Notes under the pieces: model-generated
The model's database searches: none
What the model was told of the DNA's origin: nothing
What the model saw: the letters and a program-made list of their open reading frames with translations, nothing else
Program-made: the position numbers and the translations under genes
Part shown: piece by piece, positions 40,120 to 54,356 of the stretch
Numbering within the stretch: position 1 is the stretch's first letter
Layout of the letters: every line of letters begins with the position of its first letter
Origin: Camelus dromedarius
Taxonomy: Eukaryota
Direction of reading: 5' to 3'
Length of the DNA stretch: 64,000 bases
Assembly (NCBI RefSeq): GCF_036321535.1
Contig: NC_087436.1
Location: 58,778,001-58,842,000, forward strand

Positions 40120-43100
40120 TCACCCTAAAGTAAATGACATTAGTTTTCTTATACCAAATATATTTTTTCTTCAAATTTATAGATATTCAGAAGAGCTTAG
40201 ATCAAGCTTTTCACAAAGTACATTTTTAAAGAAGAGATTAGGTCTTTTGCTCTCTTTATAGGATATTATTTTATTAAATACTCTTATTTAGTAAAATATA
40301 ACATATAGTACTATCCTCTCTTGTTGAAACATATAGGCAAGGTATTACTGACTTCCACTACTCAAATGATTTAACTGTAAATAAAGTTTAACGGTCAATG
40401 TGTTTTCTACTTTCTATATGAGAGTATAGAGAGAGTTGTTACATGTCAGATCTAGCTAACTAAAATTTTACTTGTATATTACCAGTATACATGTGCATAC
40501 TTTCAATAATAGGATATTCAGGGACCATGATTCAACATACAGTATTTTTGAAGTGTCCACAAATTGCTTCAGGGTTAATATTAAGCAATGATTCATTTTT
40601 AGGAGGTGGTGGTAAAGATGGATTGTAGACAAAGGGAAGTCTATGTAATAGGGATAGAATTTTAAGACTTTTTTTGGGGAAAATTAATATATCTAAAATA
40701 GTAAATTTATCAGTTACTTTATACATTTAATAAAGTCTTGAAAAACTTTCCATCCCAAGAGATCTAAAACGGCTAAATCAAAAGTTGGCTGGAATTAGGG
40801 GAGAAGAGACAGTTTATTTTTCTAATGTTTCCAATTTAAAAGAGACAGATGGAATGATGGTCTGATAACTCTGTGCTTGCAGTGTAAGGCACACATTGCC
40901 ACAGTTCCTGAGTAACTAGGAACTGATGGAGCAGATCTATATTATCATCAGTTCATTTGATTCCAAAATGGAGTCTATATATTCCAGGCAAACACACCTG
41001 AGCCAAGTGAAACCACTTCTATGCCTAGTACATTAAAGTGCCCTCATGAAGAGCATTGATTAAGGTCAGTAACTCAGAATCATCATAGATTTGTGCCAGA
41101 ACGTTCATTAAAAAATGACTTGAAAGCGTTCAGCATGAAGCCAAACTAAATAGGAGGATGTCAAACTATCATTATATATGGAGATATTTATTATTAGACA
41201 TTTAATAGAAAACTTTGCAATTCTGAGGTGACTAACTTTATGCCATAGTGCCATTATAGAAATGTAAATTTGTTTTTTCTTCTGAGTGCAGTGAGTTCTC
41301 TTCTGGTCAAAAGAACAAAAGCAGAGAGTGTGTGGCGTCTCTGAATCTTCCGTCCAACATTAGCAGTTATTGCTTCCAATTCAGTAGCCAAGTCACTTAA
41401 AGCCAAAGTGATTACTCCATTCACACTCCATAGCCATAAGAGGCAGCGACCTTTGGGGAAATTTTCCATACACTGCTTGTTTTTCTATGCCCATCCATCA
41501 AGCAAATGAGCAATTTATTTTTGCCACGGTACACTGCCACCTCAGTGAATCCCTGAAAGACATCCACGGCTGTTGATTTGAATATCAGCAAACAAAACCA
41601 CAAATAGGTCCAATTTGTTCAATTGTATAAGGGATTTTCAAGTAGTGTCCAGTATACCTGTTCAGTTGGTTGTGGGAAATGGACTTTGTTCTGAAAGAGC
41701 TTTAGAATAGTAATTGAGTGTTTAGAATACCTACAAAGGGTTTATGAAATATTCTAGGACAACTCAACTGGGTATACATAACCATACATTCTGGTTTGCT
41801 GTAATTCAGTTAGAAGAAAATCACAAAATTACAAGTAGTGAGCAAGGAATTGTATTTAACCTGAAATTCACCTTTTTTGTGTAGTAGCCCATCGAAATGT
41901 CTCACAAATAAAAATGTGTATCATAGAAGGAAAAACGAGATCCTCAGCTTTACGTTATATATTTCTGTATTGTACTGTATGGAATAATTTGCCATATTAG
42001 CCAATACAAACAATTCAATTGGATAAAAATAGAAATAAGTAATTAAGTTAAAAAATCACCGTATATATCTTGAATTTAGAATTTTGGTGATACAGCTAAT
42101 AAAGTTATTCAATTAATTTTAAAACTTAAATAGCATTTATCCAGATTTCAGCCAATATGCCTAGATTGAGCTTTGGTTGTGAGTATAAAGTCATTTTTAA
42201 AAGGCAGGATTTCTTGGTGCTGAAGTAGCATGACAACAAAGGCATACTTTGAAAAGTATATGAAAAAAGGTTTTTAAAGTTCTGTAGTTCTCATATTTTA
42301 CTATGATTCCTTAAAGACCAGCGTAGTTACAATTATGCAATAAAATAGAATCATTATATAATATTTTAAATTTAGAATCTCTAAAGTATTATTTAATAGA
42401 GAAATACTAACTTGGCTGAATTTAGGCAAAAGCTATCTTTAGATGTAAAAGATTTTTATTTTCATTCTGTCAACTGCATCAAAGAAACTGCTCCATCATG
42501 ATGTGATATAAAGGAAATTTGTAGTGCATTTTGGGGAAAAAAGATGGGGCAGAGTAGAAAGGAATAATTTTCATATAGCAATGGAAGCTTAGCCTGTACT
42601 TTGTTACTTGTGTAACAGTGTCCACAGACAATACATTTAGTATTAAAAATTATGAGAGTACCCCCTGAGGCTAACTGTAAACATTTTTTACAAGTAGAGA
42701 TACTTTTCTATGTCATAGAAGAAGGGGAGGAATATACCTGGAATCATAAAGGTCTTGAAACAAGGAAGCAATCATACCACCAATTCAACCCAATATAAAG
42801 CAATTTTGTGTGCTCTGCTTCTTTATAGCAGTTACCTATGTCAAGCTGGAAAGTATCTATGTACATAAGGGAAAAGAATTTGATGAATACAATGTTAAAA
42901 AATATGATTCTCATCTGTAGAGCACATGAGAAACAGTTGGAAGAATTCTGAAGAGCCAAGAAATACTGTGCTAAAATTTGGTTGAATTTGAATGAATTTG
43001 CATCAAATGAACTTAAAATACAAAAAAGGGGAGTATACGAAAGTAAATATTAGTGATCTATTTCTTGATAGAGATGAGTGCTAAACTTAGTGTTACAGAG

Positions 43101-43974
43101 AACCAATGTTTGGCAGAAAATGCTACCTGTTGATACTTCGTTTTTTACTCCATTTATAAAGAGAAATATCAACTTCCATTTACCTATTAAAAAAAATAAA
43201 TGGTGGAAGACATTCTACTCTGTAAGGACATCCAACTGTAACTACATACCTCTCTTCCTTAGGATTCCAATTAAGGAAAAATAGAAGGAAAAGAAGAGAT
43301 GAAAGAAAAAGAAGAATGAGAGTGAGGGAGACAAAGTAGAGACATAAAAAATGTAGAAGTATACACAGAGTTAGACAAGTATTACAGAAGAGTCAGCTTT
43401 ACAATGTCAATATATCTTTAAAGCAATTTGACAGTTTGTTAGTTGATTACTATGTATAACTTTCCGACTACTCAAAATATTAAATCACAAAATCATGAAA
43501 ATGTTACATCACATAATATTAAATAATTTATAGTGTTTTCTCAAAAATGACCAACAGGAAAATTTCTATTTAAGGAAACAGAAGTATTTTTGAGGAACAG
43601 TTAAAATCAAGCAGAAGGCTATAGTCTTCATTCCAGGGTTTATAATTTTAGACTTATATGTATTTATAGTAATGAAAAAAGTAACGTGAAAAATAAATAC
43701 TAAAATTGGTCAGTCCAGAATATCAACGCCATTTTTTCTGGGTAAGTTAAAGTTTTCTAGTTCCATTTTTGAAAAAGGTAAAATGTAGAGTTAATTAGCA
43801 GATACTATGTATTTTTCCTTTGTTTCTGAGCCACAACTTATATTGCTGGACTGGGGATGCTGATAAACATCCTCCTTAAAATCACAGAACTACTGTACAG
43901 TATTACTCATGATACTTAGTTTTATTCCATTGTTTTACCTGTTGATATTAAATTATATATGTATTATGGATAGG

Positions 43975-44180
43975 ATTATAGAATTTATTGTCAGACAGAC
44001 CTACGTTCCAATAAAATATCTTTCACTTATTAGTTACTTCATTTCTGTAAGTTGTGGTTACTCCACTTGTGAAATAGTGTCTGTAGAATAAGGATTTCTG
44101 AGTGTTGTTAGGAGAAATACACATAGTGATTAACAAAGTGTCTGACAAGATTTTAAGGAACAGAACCTACAGCTATTAAT
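43975..44180 (+). mobile_element. MIR, degenerate
   Basis: gtcagacagacctacgttcca...cacttattagtt...cacttgtgaaatag...gtgttgttaggaga. Confidence 0.5.
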
Positions 44181-44479
44181 TATTCTTATCTTTTTATCTT
44201 TTACACAAGTGTGAAGAGCTTATAGATTTAGTTGTCATGAGTTGAAGGTAATACAGTTTGTAATGGCCATTTTCTGTATAGGTTTGTGAAAGGCCATTTA
44301 AAGCAAGTAAGATCAGATTTAAAAAGGTGAAACTTTCTTCAAAGGAAGAAGATACAAAGGTAAGGAAGTTCACCAGAATTGTCCTATTGTCCAAGGCTTC
44401 AAATTTAAAGGATTCTCAGAAAGATGACAGAAGAATTCGAATTCAGAACAAAATTTTAAACTTAAATTAAAAAAAAAAT

Positions 44480-46480
44480 GCACATTAAAACATTTAAAAT
44501 ATGTGTTTGTAGATGGAACATTGGAAAAAATTGACATGCTACAGTACCTCAATATATTTCCAAAGCAATGACGCTGCAAACAAAATCTGACGGGAATCCA
44601 ATACTATTTGAAATAACAAGTGATTATTTTTTAAATGAGAAAAGTTAAAAAGAGTTTTACTCCTATCTTTTCCTTCAAAAAGAAAATTAAAACTGAAATT
44701 TCAATTCATGTGATAATGGTATTAAGAACTCTTCATATTTAAAATATGAGTTGCCAAAATAACTGTGTTCAGAAAAGTAACTGTAGCTTTACATGCTTTT
44801 AATATAAAAATCGCTGAAATAAATTAACTAAGTATTCAACTCAATAAACTAGAAAAAAAGGCATATTGTAAACTCAGAGAAAATAAGTAAAAAGGTGAAA
44901 AAGTCTGAAAATAAGTATATTATTCATGTATTATAAATATGAATTTATTTGTATATATAATTATATATATATACATATATAATTTTTAAAGTTCTAATAG
45001 AATATGGTTATGATAACAGCTACTAAGTTGATTTGTGATCTTTCTCATCTGGACATAATTGATGAGCATCTTATCACAGCTGTCACTGAACATGTTCCCC
45101 AGGACTTTTGGAGTGGAGATCACGAGAGTCGAGTTTCTACCTTTTGAAATAAAAAGTTTTAATTAATTTAAATGGACAATTCAATAGGTGATGTAAATGA
45201 CCTATGGCTTTCCTAAAAGCACTGATGAAACTATGACAAAATTAGCAATAATTATTGACATGCCAGTGTATGTGCTTTGTTTGATGATCCTTTTAGTTTT
45301 CACAACAGAAAACTAAGAGGCACTTTTTAAAAAACTTCTCTAGATGAAGAGTCTAAGGCATAGAAAAGGCAATAACTGGCTCAAATTCATACAGCTAGAA
45401 ATATGTTTGTTTTTATTTTAATTTTTGTGTTTTTAAGTTGAAGCTGTAGTGAAAATTTAGACGTTTTTCCTGGTTAAGTTATCCTTGTTTAGAGAAATCT
45501 GGTCTACAGTGCTATAGTGCTGTAAGGGTGAAGAAAGTCATAGTTGTTTGTCATAGTTGTTAAGAGTTTGACTAGATTCGGAGTCCCGATACCTGTGAAA
45601 CACTTCTATATGATCACAAGTCCATGGTTAGTGTTCCATAATAACTAGACAGTTAGAAAATAGAGTTTTAAAATACATCATAAAAAAATTAACTTACAGA
45701 ATCACTATATGAAGAAAAAATTTAAATCTGAGAATTTGAAGACATTGAAAGGTGTAATATAATCCTATATTGTAAAAATAATAATTTTCTCAAATTTAGT
45801 AGCTAAATGAAAACTTTTTCAATTTTTTTATTTAAACATTCATCTCAAAGATTAAACACAAGAAAATGGTGAAAACAAATTTGAAAATTAATACTAATGA
45901 GGTGAAGTGTGTTCATTTATATGTACATGCACACAATTATTATGAAGCTATAATAATTAAATATTATAAAATTGACACAAGAAGAAATGCATAAACAGAA
46001 CAGAAATTCCAAAAGCATGTGTATATTTATATGAACACACATGTTTGTGCACGCACACACACACTCACTTCTTAAAATCTGAATTTGAAATCAGTGTGAA
46101 AACTACTGCTACATAGATACCTAAGATTCCACGTGATGCTATACACTAAAATAAAAGCGGGTAGATCAAGCATTTAAACAATTTTAAAAGATGGAATTAT
46201 GATATTACTTGAATTATATTTATGTTGAAAATTTACATGATCATAAGTGAGGAAAACATTTCTAATATTCTAAGGTTAAAAATAACAGAAAATATTGATA
46301 GACTTGAATAAAAACATTTTCAACTTCAGTATACCAATTAAAACAAAATCCAAAACAAAAAAAGCAAAATAAATCAAGGAGAAACAGGACAAACTGGAAA
46401 AAAATATATTTGGAAAATATATTAAATGAAGTGACATCCTGAATAAAAGAGAACTTTCTTAGTTAATAAACAACATTCCT
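44480..46480 (+). mobile_element. Very old fragmented L1 ORF2 (L1ME-like), interrupted by a MIR and other sequence
   Basis: atggaacattggaaaaaattgacatg (HGTFSKIDH-like), aaataaattaactaagtattcaactcaataaactagaaaaa, ttattatgaagctataataattaaa, gaaaatattgatagacttga. Confidence 0.55.
45250..45400 (-). mobile_element. MIR
   Basis: tagatgaagagtctaaggcatagaaaaggcaataactggctcaaattcatacagctag. Confidence 0.65.
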
Positions 46481-47169
46481 AAATATATACAAATATTTAG
46501 TTTCAGACATGTTTACTTAAGCATATGTGACAATATGGTCTTAATAATATATGACACATCTTACATATGTAACCATTAAGAACATTAGAGAAGAATATTT
46601 TACAACCCTTATAAATGTTTAATATATTGTTCCATGAATAAAACTGTTTTAAAAAATAACTAACACTTGAATCCCATCGAATGGGCTACGAAAAAGTCAT
46701 AACATGTTCCCTATGTGGTCAGGGAAATCAGTAGAACATGAACAATTACATAGGAGATAGACCAGGAAGCCACTGGCTTCAGATGACCCAAATAAAACAT
46801 ACGAGTAAGTAGAGGATGAGCACAAAAAATGTCATATTCAGAGTGAACAGACGAATAGCGAATACGAGCAAAATTCATACTACAAAGCAGCAAATGGAAT
46901 GTGGGAAGTGGAAAAATTTAAAAAGAGAGAGGAAAAAAAGGAAATACACTGAACGTAGACCACAGAAGCACAGTAGCCGCAATTCAGGAGAAAATGTAGA
47001 AACGTCTTTGATAGTAAGGTCCTTGAAACAGAATGAACATCCTCTGGCTCTTCTTCAGTGTTTACAAAAATATAATGAATAGGCAGAAAATCCATAAACC
47101 TCTGCAAGGTAATCATGAAAAGAAAATAAGTGAATAAAATAGACAGAAGCAGAATGTGGGAATGGACTG

Positions 47170-47405
47170 AAACTAATATTTGAATGTTTACTCTCTGCTG
47201 AGCATTTTAAACACAACATTTCATTTATTCCTCAGAAATTCGAATATATATGGAATTTTAACTATGTTAGAGATGAGGACACTGAGATTTAGAGAAAATA
47301 ATCTCAGAAAAACTCAGTGACCTACTCGAGCACACAACCAGTAAATGAAGGAGTTGAATTTGGAATCCAACTCTATCTGACTAAAAATCCCAGGATCTTT
47401 AATCC
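47170..47405 (-). mobile_element. MIR
   Basis: tcatttattcctca...agatgaggacactgagatttagaga...atttggaatccaactctatctgact. Confidence 0.75.
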
Positions 47406-49900
47406 ACACACCTACACACCCAGCACAGTGCCTGGACCACAGTGGTGCTTAGTAAAGATTAGCTGTATTGCGGCATCATAACATCAATAAACAGCTTCCT
47501 AATCAGGGGAGAGAACACAATTTCAGTGCTAACTAAGGCTGAGTTTAAAATGGATGCCATTATTTGGCATCTATATTTATTTATTTTTAAGGTAGAATAT
47601 GTTCATGGAAATGGTAGACTTAGGCAGGAATAGCTGGAGTGGAGTTTGAAAATATTTTGTATATGACAAACAAAGGCAATAAAAATAAAATTAAATTTAT
47701 AACCAGTTTTGCTCATGAGATCTTAGTGTCCAGAATTCAATAATGATTAATACACAGAAAATCCAAAAATAAGGTTTTGAAGGTGATTCGCTTTCCTTTT
47801 TAGAGGCTTGTAAACAGCTTTTTTACTCTTCACTTAATAATGTGTTTTCTTTCAAAATATGTCATCTGAAATCCATTTGTAAGACATTTGTCAAACAAAT
47901 GTCCAGCATTGCTTTATTTTCATGTGTCACTAGAACTCAAATCATACACATTACTCATTTGCAAATCTTAACTGATTCTGTTTACACCCTTTAAAAAATT
48001 GCACCTCAATGAGAGTTACTTAGGCTACTAAAAATGAGAAATTTATTTTCTAAAGTACTTTTCCAAAGTATGTGCTCAGAAAATCTGGATGCTTGTGCAG
48101 AATGAAGTGATTACTAAATGAGTGTTGTAATTATTAGTACCTCGATTACAAATACCTCTATTAATATTAAGTGCTAATTATTTATCTCAGAGACTCAAAA
48201 TCTCTTGAAAATTATATCACTGGAAAAAATGTTAATTGCTGTTACAGTAGTTATGAAGAACATGACAACCAAACTGTTGATATAAATTTACTTTTTTCCA
48301 GTGGAATAATTATCTTTTTTCATAGTGCTAAGAGCAAAAGTATGAAAGCTCATGTTACCATCAATTAATCATGTTTTCTGTCTCTTTTTCCTTTTTTTCT
48401 TCCTACCTTCTCTCCTTCCTTCCCTTTTTTGTAATCAGGAATTTGTCTAAATGCACTCTAAAGGAAGTATTTTGGCACCTTTATTGAGCATAATTTTATG
48501 GTCCAAATTTATAGAATATTAAAATGGTTAATGTATCTGTGATTGTAATTGGAGAGCTGTTTTTGAGTGTGTTATATTTGAAGTCACTGGTAGTAGTATT
48601 ACTTTGCAGAATACTGTCTCTATTTTCTTAACTAGCTATCAAGGATAGTGAAACTATTTTGGATTTTCAAGCAACAGTAAAAGAATTGGAGTAAGATTTT
48701 TTTCCAGCATAATACCAGAGACTTGTATAAGACTCACAAGGACATTCAGAAAATTTCTGTTGTGGTCAGTGAATAGCCCAAAGCCTTTTCAGTGGTGTTT
48801 CATTGTGAGTTTACAGGTATCAGCAAGAATGTGTGATGACTATAGACATTCATATATAACCCTTCAGAAAGAAAATCATGATAAAGAAAATGCAATGACC
48901 TCAGTAAAATGTTTAATAAGAAACATATTCTCAATCATGCCTTTCACACAAATGCTTGAATTCTCATGTGAATTACTTATAAGAGGCATGTGTGCATATG
49001 TAGATTTGAATCCTTTAATGAATTCTTCTATAAAGTTATGTTAATTCTTCTTACCCATTATAAGGATTTTAGCAGGCCTCCCTGAATTATCTACAGGAGA
49101 ATTAAAGGCCAAATTTCAGAGTTCGTGTGTTCTTTTATACCAAGGGATTGGCAGCAGCACTGTGGAAGCACTCCATAGATGCATAGCAAAAGATAAATGA
49201 GTTCTTTTGAGTTCCAGTTCTCTTTATATTTTGACTAATTTAAAAAATGAGAGGGTACTTTGTTTCTTAAGTCTAGTATGTACAGTGAATAGAACAGTTC
49301 ATTATGATGAGGAATTCCAAGAAGAGTGAAGAAATCTCAAGGACAATCTTAAGAATATTTCAACATGTGCTTTTACAAGCAAAATAAAGCCACATTCAAC
49401 TCAGTTAAGCAGAATCACTATAACTTGGGGTCCTAGTATCAGTTTTCCATTAGGCAATCTTTTTCTTAATTAATATTCATTGTAGTTATCACCCATCAAA
49501 AATTTTCATTTAGAGAGTACCCAAGATATATTTTTGGGTGAAGGTAAGACTATTTTATAGGTGCCACAAAATCTATTTTTCTCAGATCAGTTAGAAATTA
49601 CATTTTTAAAGGACACATTTTTTAGACAGGTATGCAATTATACTTTATTAAAATATCTTAAACCTTTTCAATCATTCTGGTTTAGAGAATGCTAAAGACG
49701 TATGATCCATAATCTTGCCAAAATCATTCTTGTAGGATTGAAAACATATTAAAAGAAGTATTTTTCCTCTAGGAGCAAGCTGAAATCTTGTTTTCAGTTG
49801 ACACATTCAAAATATTCTTTTACAAGAAGGAGTAGGTGTGTGTGGGGTGGGGGAGACTATCTCTTTTACCTTCTTATCTTTGGGATTTTATCCTCATTGA

Positions 49901-50034
49901 AAGAATGACCATATAAGTTATTATCCAAATCAGATCACATTTTAGAGACAGAGAAAATGCAATTAATAATTTTTCTGAGACAATAAGCAAAAATCGATGC
50001 AGTCCTAGAGAAACCAGAAAGGTATACTTACCTC
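49901..50034 (+). mobile_element. hAT-Blackjack MITE (MER94-like)
   Basis: tgaccatataagttattatccaaatcagatcacatttta...attaataatt...gacaataagcaaaaatc...agtcctagagaaaccagaa...ttacc; about 134 bp, colinear with the recalled MER94 consensus. Confidence 0.65.
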
Positions 50035-50086
50035 AGTCACATAAGATAACATCCATAGTCTCTCATTAAATGCCCTATAGTGCCAT

Positions 50087-50803
50087 TGTACGGAGGAATA
50101 GCAGGGATTCCTTTTAGTTCAGAAAAATCCATATTCTTCTTTTCTTCTTGGACACACAGCTAGACCACATTAACTATGCTTCTTTATCAGTCTAGCCAAC
50201 GGCCTATGAGCTGGAGCTAACGGTGCTGTTTCCAATCTAGCCTAACAAAAATTCCACTCTTGTTCCTCTCTGTCCTTTATCCCTTCTGGATGTCTGACAT
50301 AACTCCCAATAGCTCAGAATGTGACCAATGTAGAAATAGAGTTGTTACAGATGTTATTTTAAGATAAGGTGTACTGGAGTATGGTGGACCTTAATCCGAT
50401 GTGACTGGTGTCCTTATAAAAGTGGGGAATTTGGGCATAGGCACAGACACTCAGAGAGGACCTCATGTGTAGGCAGACAGACAAACACAGAGGGAAGATG
50501 GCCATGTGAACATGGAAGCAGGGACTGAAGTTAAGCTGCCACAAGCTAAGGAATGCCTAGAGCTACCAGAAGCTGGAAGAGTCAAGGAAGGATCCTCCCC
50601 TCGATGCTTTGGAGGAAGCACGGTTCTACCAACATCTTGATTTTGAAATTTTAGCCTCCAGAACTGTGATAGGATAAATTTTGTTTTAAACCATTCAGTT
50701 TGTAGTTCTTTACTACAGCAGCCCTAGGAAACTGATAAAATATTTAAGTCATTGTGGACTTTTGTGGGTCTGTTCAGTGTAGTGGTTAGCATTACCTAAT
50801 ACA
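50087..50803 (+). mobile_element. MaLR LTR (MLT1I/J-like) split by an MLT1C-like LTR
   Basis: 5' part ttcttcttggacacacagctagaccacatt...tctagccaac; 3' stub tttaagtcattg...ttagcattacctaataca. Confidence 0.6.
50300..50739 (+). mobile_element. MaLR LTR (MLT1C-like), 5' end missing
   Basis: ctcagaatgtgacc...gactggtgtccttataaaag...gccacaagctaaggaatgcctagagctaccagaagctggaagag...gcctccagaactgtga...cagcagccctaggaaactgata. Confidence 0.88.
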
Positions 50804-53800
50804 GATAAAATGACCATGGTTCTGATACAGTAGGATTTAAAAAAATGTTCATATAACAGGATGGCTAAACCTTAAAATTGGAATAGGGATCACAGTAGGA
50901 CTAGATCAATTCTGCAGTTTCATGGTTCAAACGATTCTACTTCCCTATAATTGTAGTTGTAGGTATTTCCAAGGAATGGATAGTTGGTGGTGGTTTTATT
51001 TCTGAACCAAATAGCTTTGCCAAAAAAGGGAGTTATTTGTTAAACAGTCCACATGAATGGATAGCAAATCTCCATCTATGTATACAAAAGGTCTTGTTTA
51101 GTAACTATCTGTGCTTAAATACAAAAATTAAATCTAATTACCTTGAAATATCTTTGCTTTCCCTAACATAAGAAACATGAGAATTAAGCAAACACCAAAA
51201 TTGGTCAACTTTTTCCTGTGCAAACTTTTATTGCATGCATAAGCTGATTTCCCCTCCTGCTACTTAGCCCACAGCTTAACCAAATACATTCAGAAAGCAA
51301 GACCCATGTCTTAAGAAGTATTAAAAAAGCACTAATTATAAAACAGAGCAAACAATCTAGTCATTTAGAAACATATTTGAGTACCAGTCTATGCATGACA
51401 AACATGTTTTTTAAGCAATAGCCTATGAACTGTCTATGAAAAAGCTTTTGGCTCCAATGGGTTTGCATTGTTATGTGAGAAAGATGTTCACAGTAAATTT
51501 TAGAAAAGACAGAAAACTAAGTATTGTTGATCACATTTAGCATTTGAACTGGGGCAAAGCATCAACTGTAACTAAGTTTCTGACATAGATGACCAGCATC
51601 AGTTAGACTTGTATTTCTTTGCCATCAAGAAATATAACAAAAGCATCTTTGATATACTAAGTAAGTCAACAACAGCAACAACAAATCCCTAAGATGAACA
51701 AACAGAGTCTAAGATGATCACCACATAGGAAATGTATAAAAAGCAGTAATATCTGATGCAGAAGGTAGAGCACCCCTGAACTGCATTCAGGAACTGCTAA
51801 CACATGGCAGCCAACAGCAAATGCTCAGCCAGCTCTCAGTCAGAGAAACATGCCTCATCCACAGGTTATAGAATAAACACAGATGCAGCAAAATGAGTCA
51901 CCAGAGGAAAACAAAAATCTAAATTGAAGGTAAATGATGCTTTGTGCACATGCATGACAAGAAATCCATTGAGCAAAACTAATTTTATATCTGTGCCAGA
52001 ATGGCTGTCTTATATGTTGGAAATAGAGAAAAAGAGGGAAAGGAAATTGTCACATAATAGCAGACCTTGAAGTGCACTAAAATAGAGGAGGCCTTCTGCA
52101 TTGGCAAAAAAGGAAAAAATATATTCTAAGAGATAAAATTCATTCAAAGTGCTATCAAAATGGAGTGAAGAAATATTGATACATAAAAGAGAGGGAAAAG
52201 ATGTACAACAGAAGAAAACATTGGGAATAAAAAATGTCCAACCAAAGATACAACAAAAATAGATAAGATTCTAGAAAAATGCCTTCCTTTGTAATGCACA
52301 TATAATGATGACATAAAAATCAATCATTTCCAGAATATATTTTTATAAAGTTATTATATAACTCTCTATTTTTTCAGAAGTTACCATAAATCTGTCTTAT
52401 TTTATTTGAATCAATTATTAGTACAAGGAGAACGTTAATTTCTGAATTGTATACTACCACAGGTTTTTCTATTCATTAAAAACAAAAATTCCATGAAACT
52501 TCCCTTCTAACTTCCCTTCTAACCTGATTCAGCCTCTGCAGTATGTCTGTGCATTTGTGGGTATCTAGGATAACACTGGCAGGAATTTCTTGAGGCAAAG
52601 GTTATAGGTTAGCCCCTTGGGAAAGTTTTCTAGGATCTGTAATATTTTTCACGTAATATTAATTGCAGAATTCTTTTGTCTCAAATTGCTTATTAGAAAA
52701 AGGAAGTAGGATTTTCATGTCTTACTATAAGTTAAGTTTAGTTAGTAACCTTGATGTGAATTCACCTTTGCTACCTGCCTTGTCTTTTTAATGAGAGTAG
52801 ACTGAACAAATTCAAGTGTTCCAAATCTCTTTTCCAAGTGTGTCAACAGCATGACATGACCTTGGAAAGGATCTCAGCTCAGTTATAACAGTGTCTTGGT
52901 AGAAAGCCATTTGAGCCTAATGGGAGTGGTGGGTCAGCTCATCCTGCCTAGTTGGCACGGACTTTCTGTCTTGGGCACATGCTGCTCAGCAGAACTATCC
53001 ACATTAATAGCCCCAAATGTTGGCTGCTACCAGGAGAGAAGGAAAGAAGAGATCACTTGCTCTCCCTATGCTGATTCTCGCTGAGCAAATCGTTCTTTGT
53101 TTCACTTGTTTAGAAGTCTATACAGTTCAATCAGTGAAGCAATCTAATCTGGAGTTTCGTTAAAACAGCAGACCTGCAGTGAAGACCTTACTGGAAATTA
53201 GGAAGGGATGAGAATGCATTTGCTGAAAGATGTTGGTCTCCTTCAGAATGGAGATAAATTTGGCTCCTTATGAGAGAAAAGTATGATATAGTTAGGCCCG
53301 ATTAGTAGACTGTGTTTAGAAAGATTCTCTAGTTTTTGTCTTTTTCTTTTCTTTGTGGTAGGGAATAAAAACTAAGCACCATTAGGAAAAAAAAAAAAAA
53401 AAGCTAGTGGTCCTTGGTTAATATTAAAGGAAAGGAAAGGAAAGAGGTTAAAGGTAATATATTTGTAATATAATAAATGGGCTTCTATGCTTTTTAATTT
53501 TTTCTCATAAAAACACCAGCAAACACATTCATTTGAATCTTGATTCACCAAGAAAAAAAGACAGAAAGTGAGTTTTTTTTTCAGCAAAGACTATAGTTAG
53601 TAAGTAAGGAAATATTGAACCTTCTCACTTGGTGATTTTGAACCCCCCAAGGGCCAATACAAACCTTTGAATTAAATTATAATATAAGGTACTCATGATC
53701 CAAAGGGCTATTTGAACCCAGAACTGTGATCTGAACCTCATAATAGGTTCCAAGTCTCTAAGATAAGAAAGGAATCAGGCAGGATAGGGCATGAGGACTT

Positions 53801-53852
53801 TTAAGGTGAAAGTTCATTTAGAGAGTTGCAGCTTTTGTTGAGATTTCTATTT

Positions 53853-54356
53853 TGTGTTGTCTTCTAATGTGTCATTTTGGCTAAGCTGAACTGTGTTTTC
53901 CCAGAACTCTCCTCCTAGAATGTTTCTGGCTAAGATCGATCACAAGTCAAATATGTGGGAGATTTGAAGCATTGGCCATGCTTATATTTGGAGGGTTGAA
54001 GTAAATCATACATGTGTTACTGGATCTACTAGCTCAGCTTGTTGATTTGGGCAACAACTGAGTTCCTCATCGCCAACTCCCAGATTTCTTCCTTGAACTT
54101 CCCCAAATCCTGGTGCGAGTGAGGTGAGAGCACCACTAGAGAACATCGTGGATTCCAAAGAGAGGCGGATACAAGTCTTAGTTTGTTCCTTGAGGTCTTC
54201 ATATGTCACTACTTCCCCCCTACATTCCCTTCTGATTGTCTGTCCAGGGACTTCACCCTCAATACCAGCTCCTACAATCGTGTAAGGTAGCATCACTTTA
54301 CACATCTTTTATTCTACATCATTTATAGTGGCTCTGAATGAGTGTTGACTGATGTG
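53853..54356 (+). mobile_element. ERVL solo LTR (LTR41-like)
   Basis: Start taatgtgtcattttggctaagctgaact...tttcccagaact; end cctacaatcgtgtaaggt...tatagtggctctg...tgactgat. Confidence 0.7.

Noticed and set aside
45040..45160. TGATGA...CTGA as a box C/D snoRNA
   Set aside because: The boxes are too close together, there is no terminal stem and no recognisable guide sequence.
50026..50080. Minus-strand GAG|GTAAGT donor and possible small exon
   Set aside because: The donor is formed by the end of the MER94-like element, the acceptor is weak and the peptide is unrecognised.
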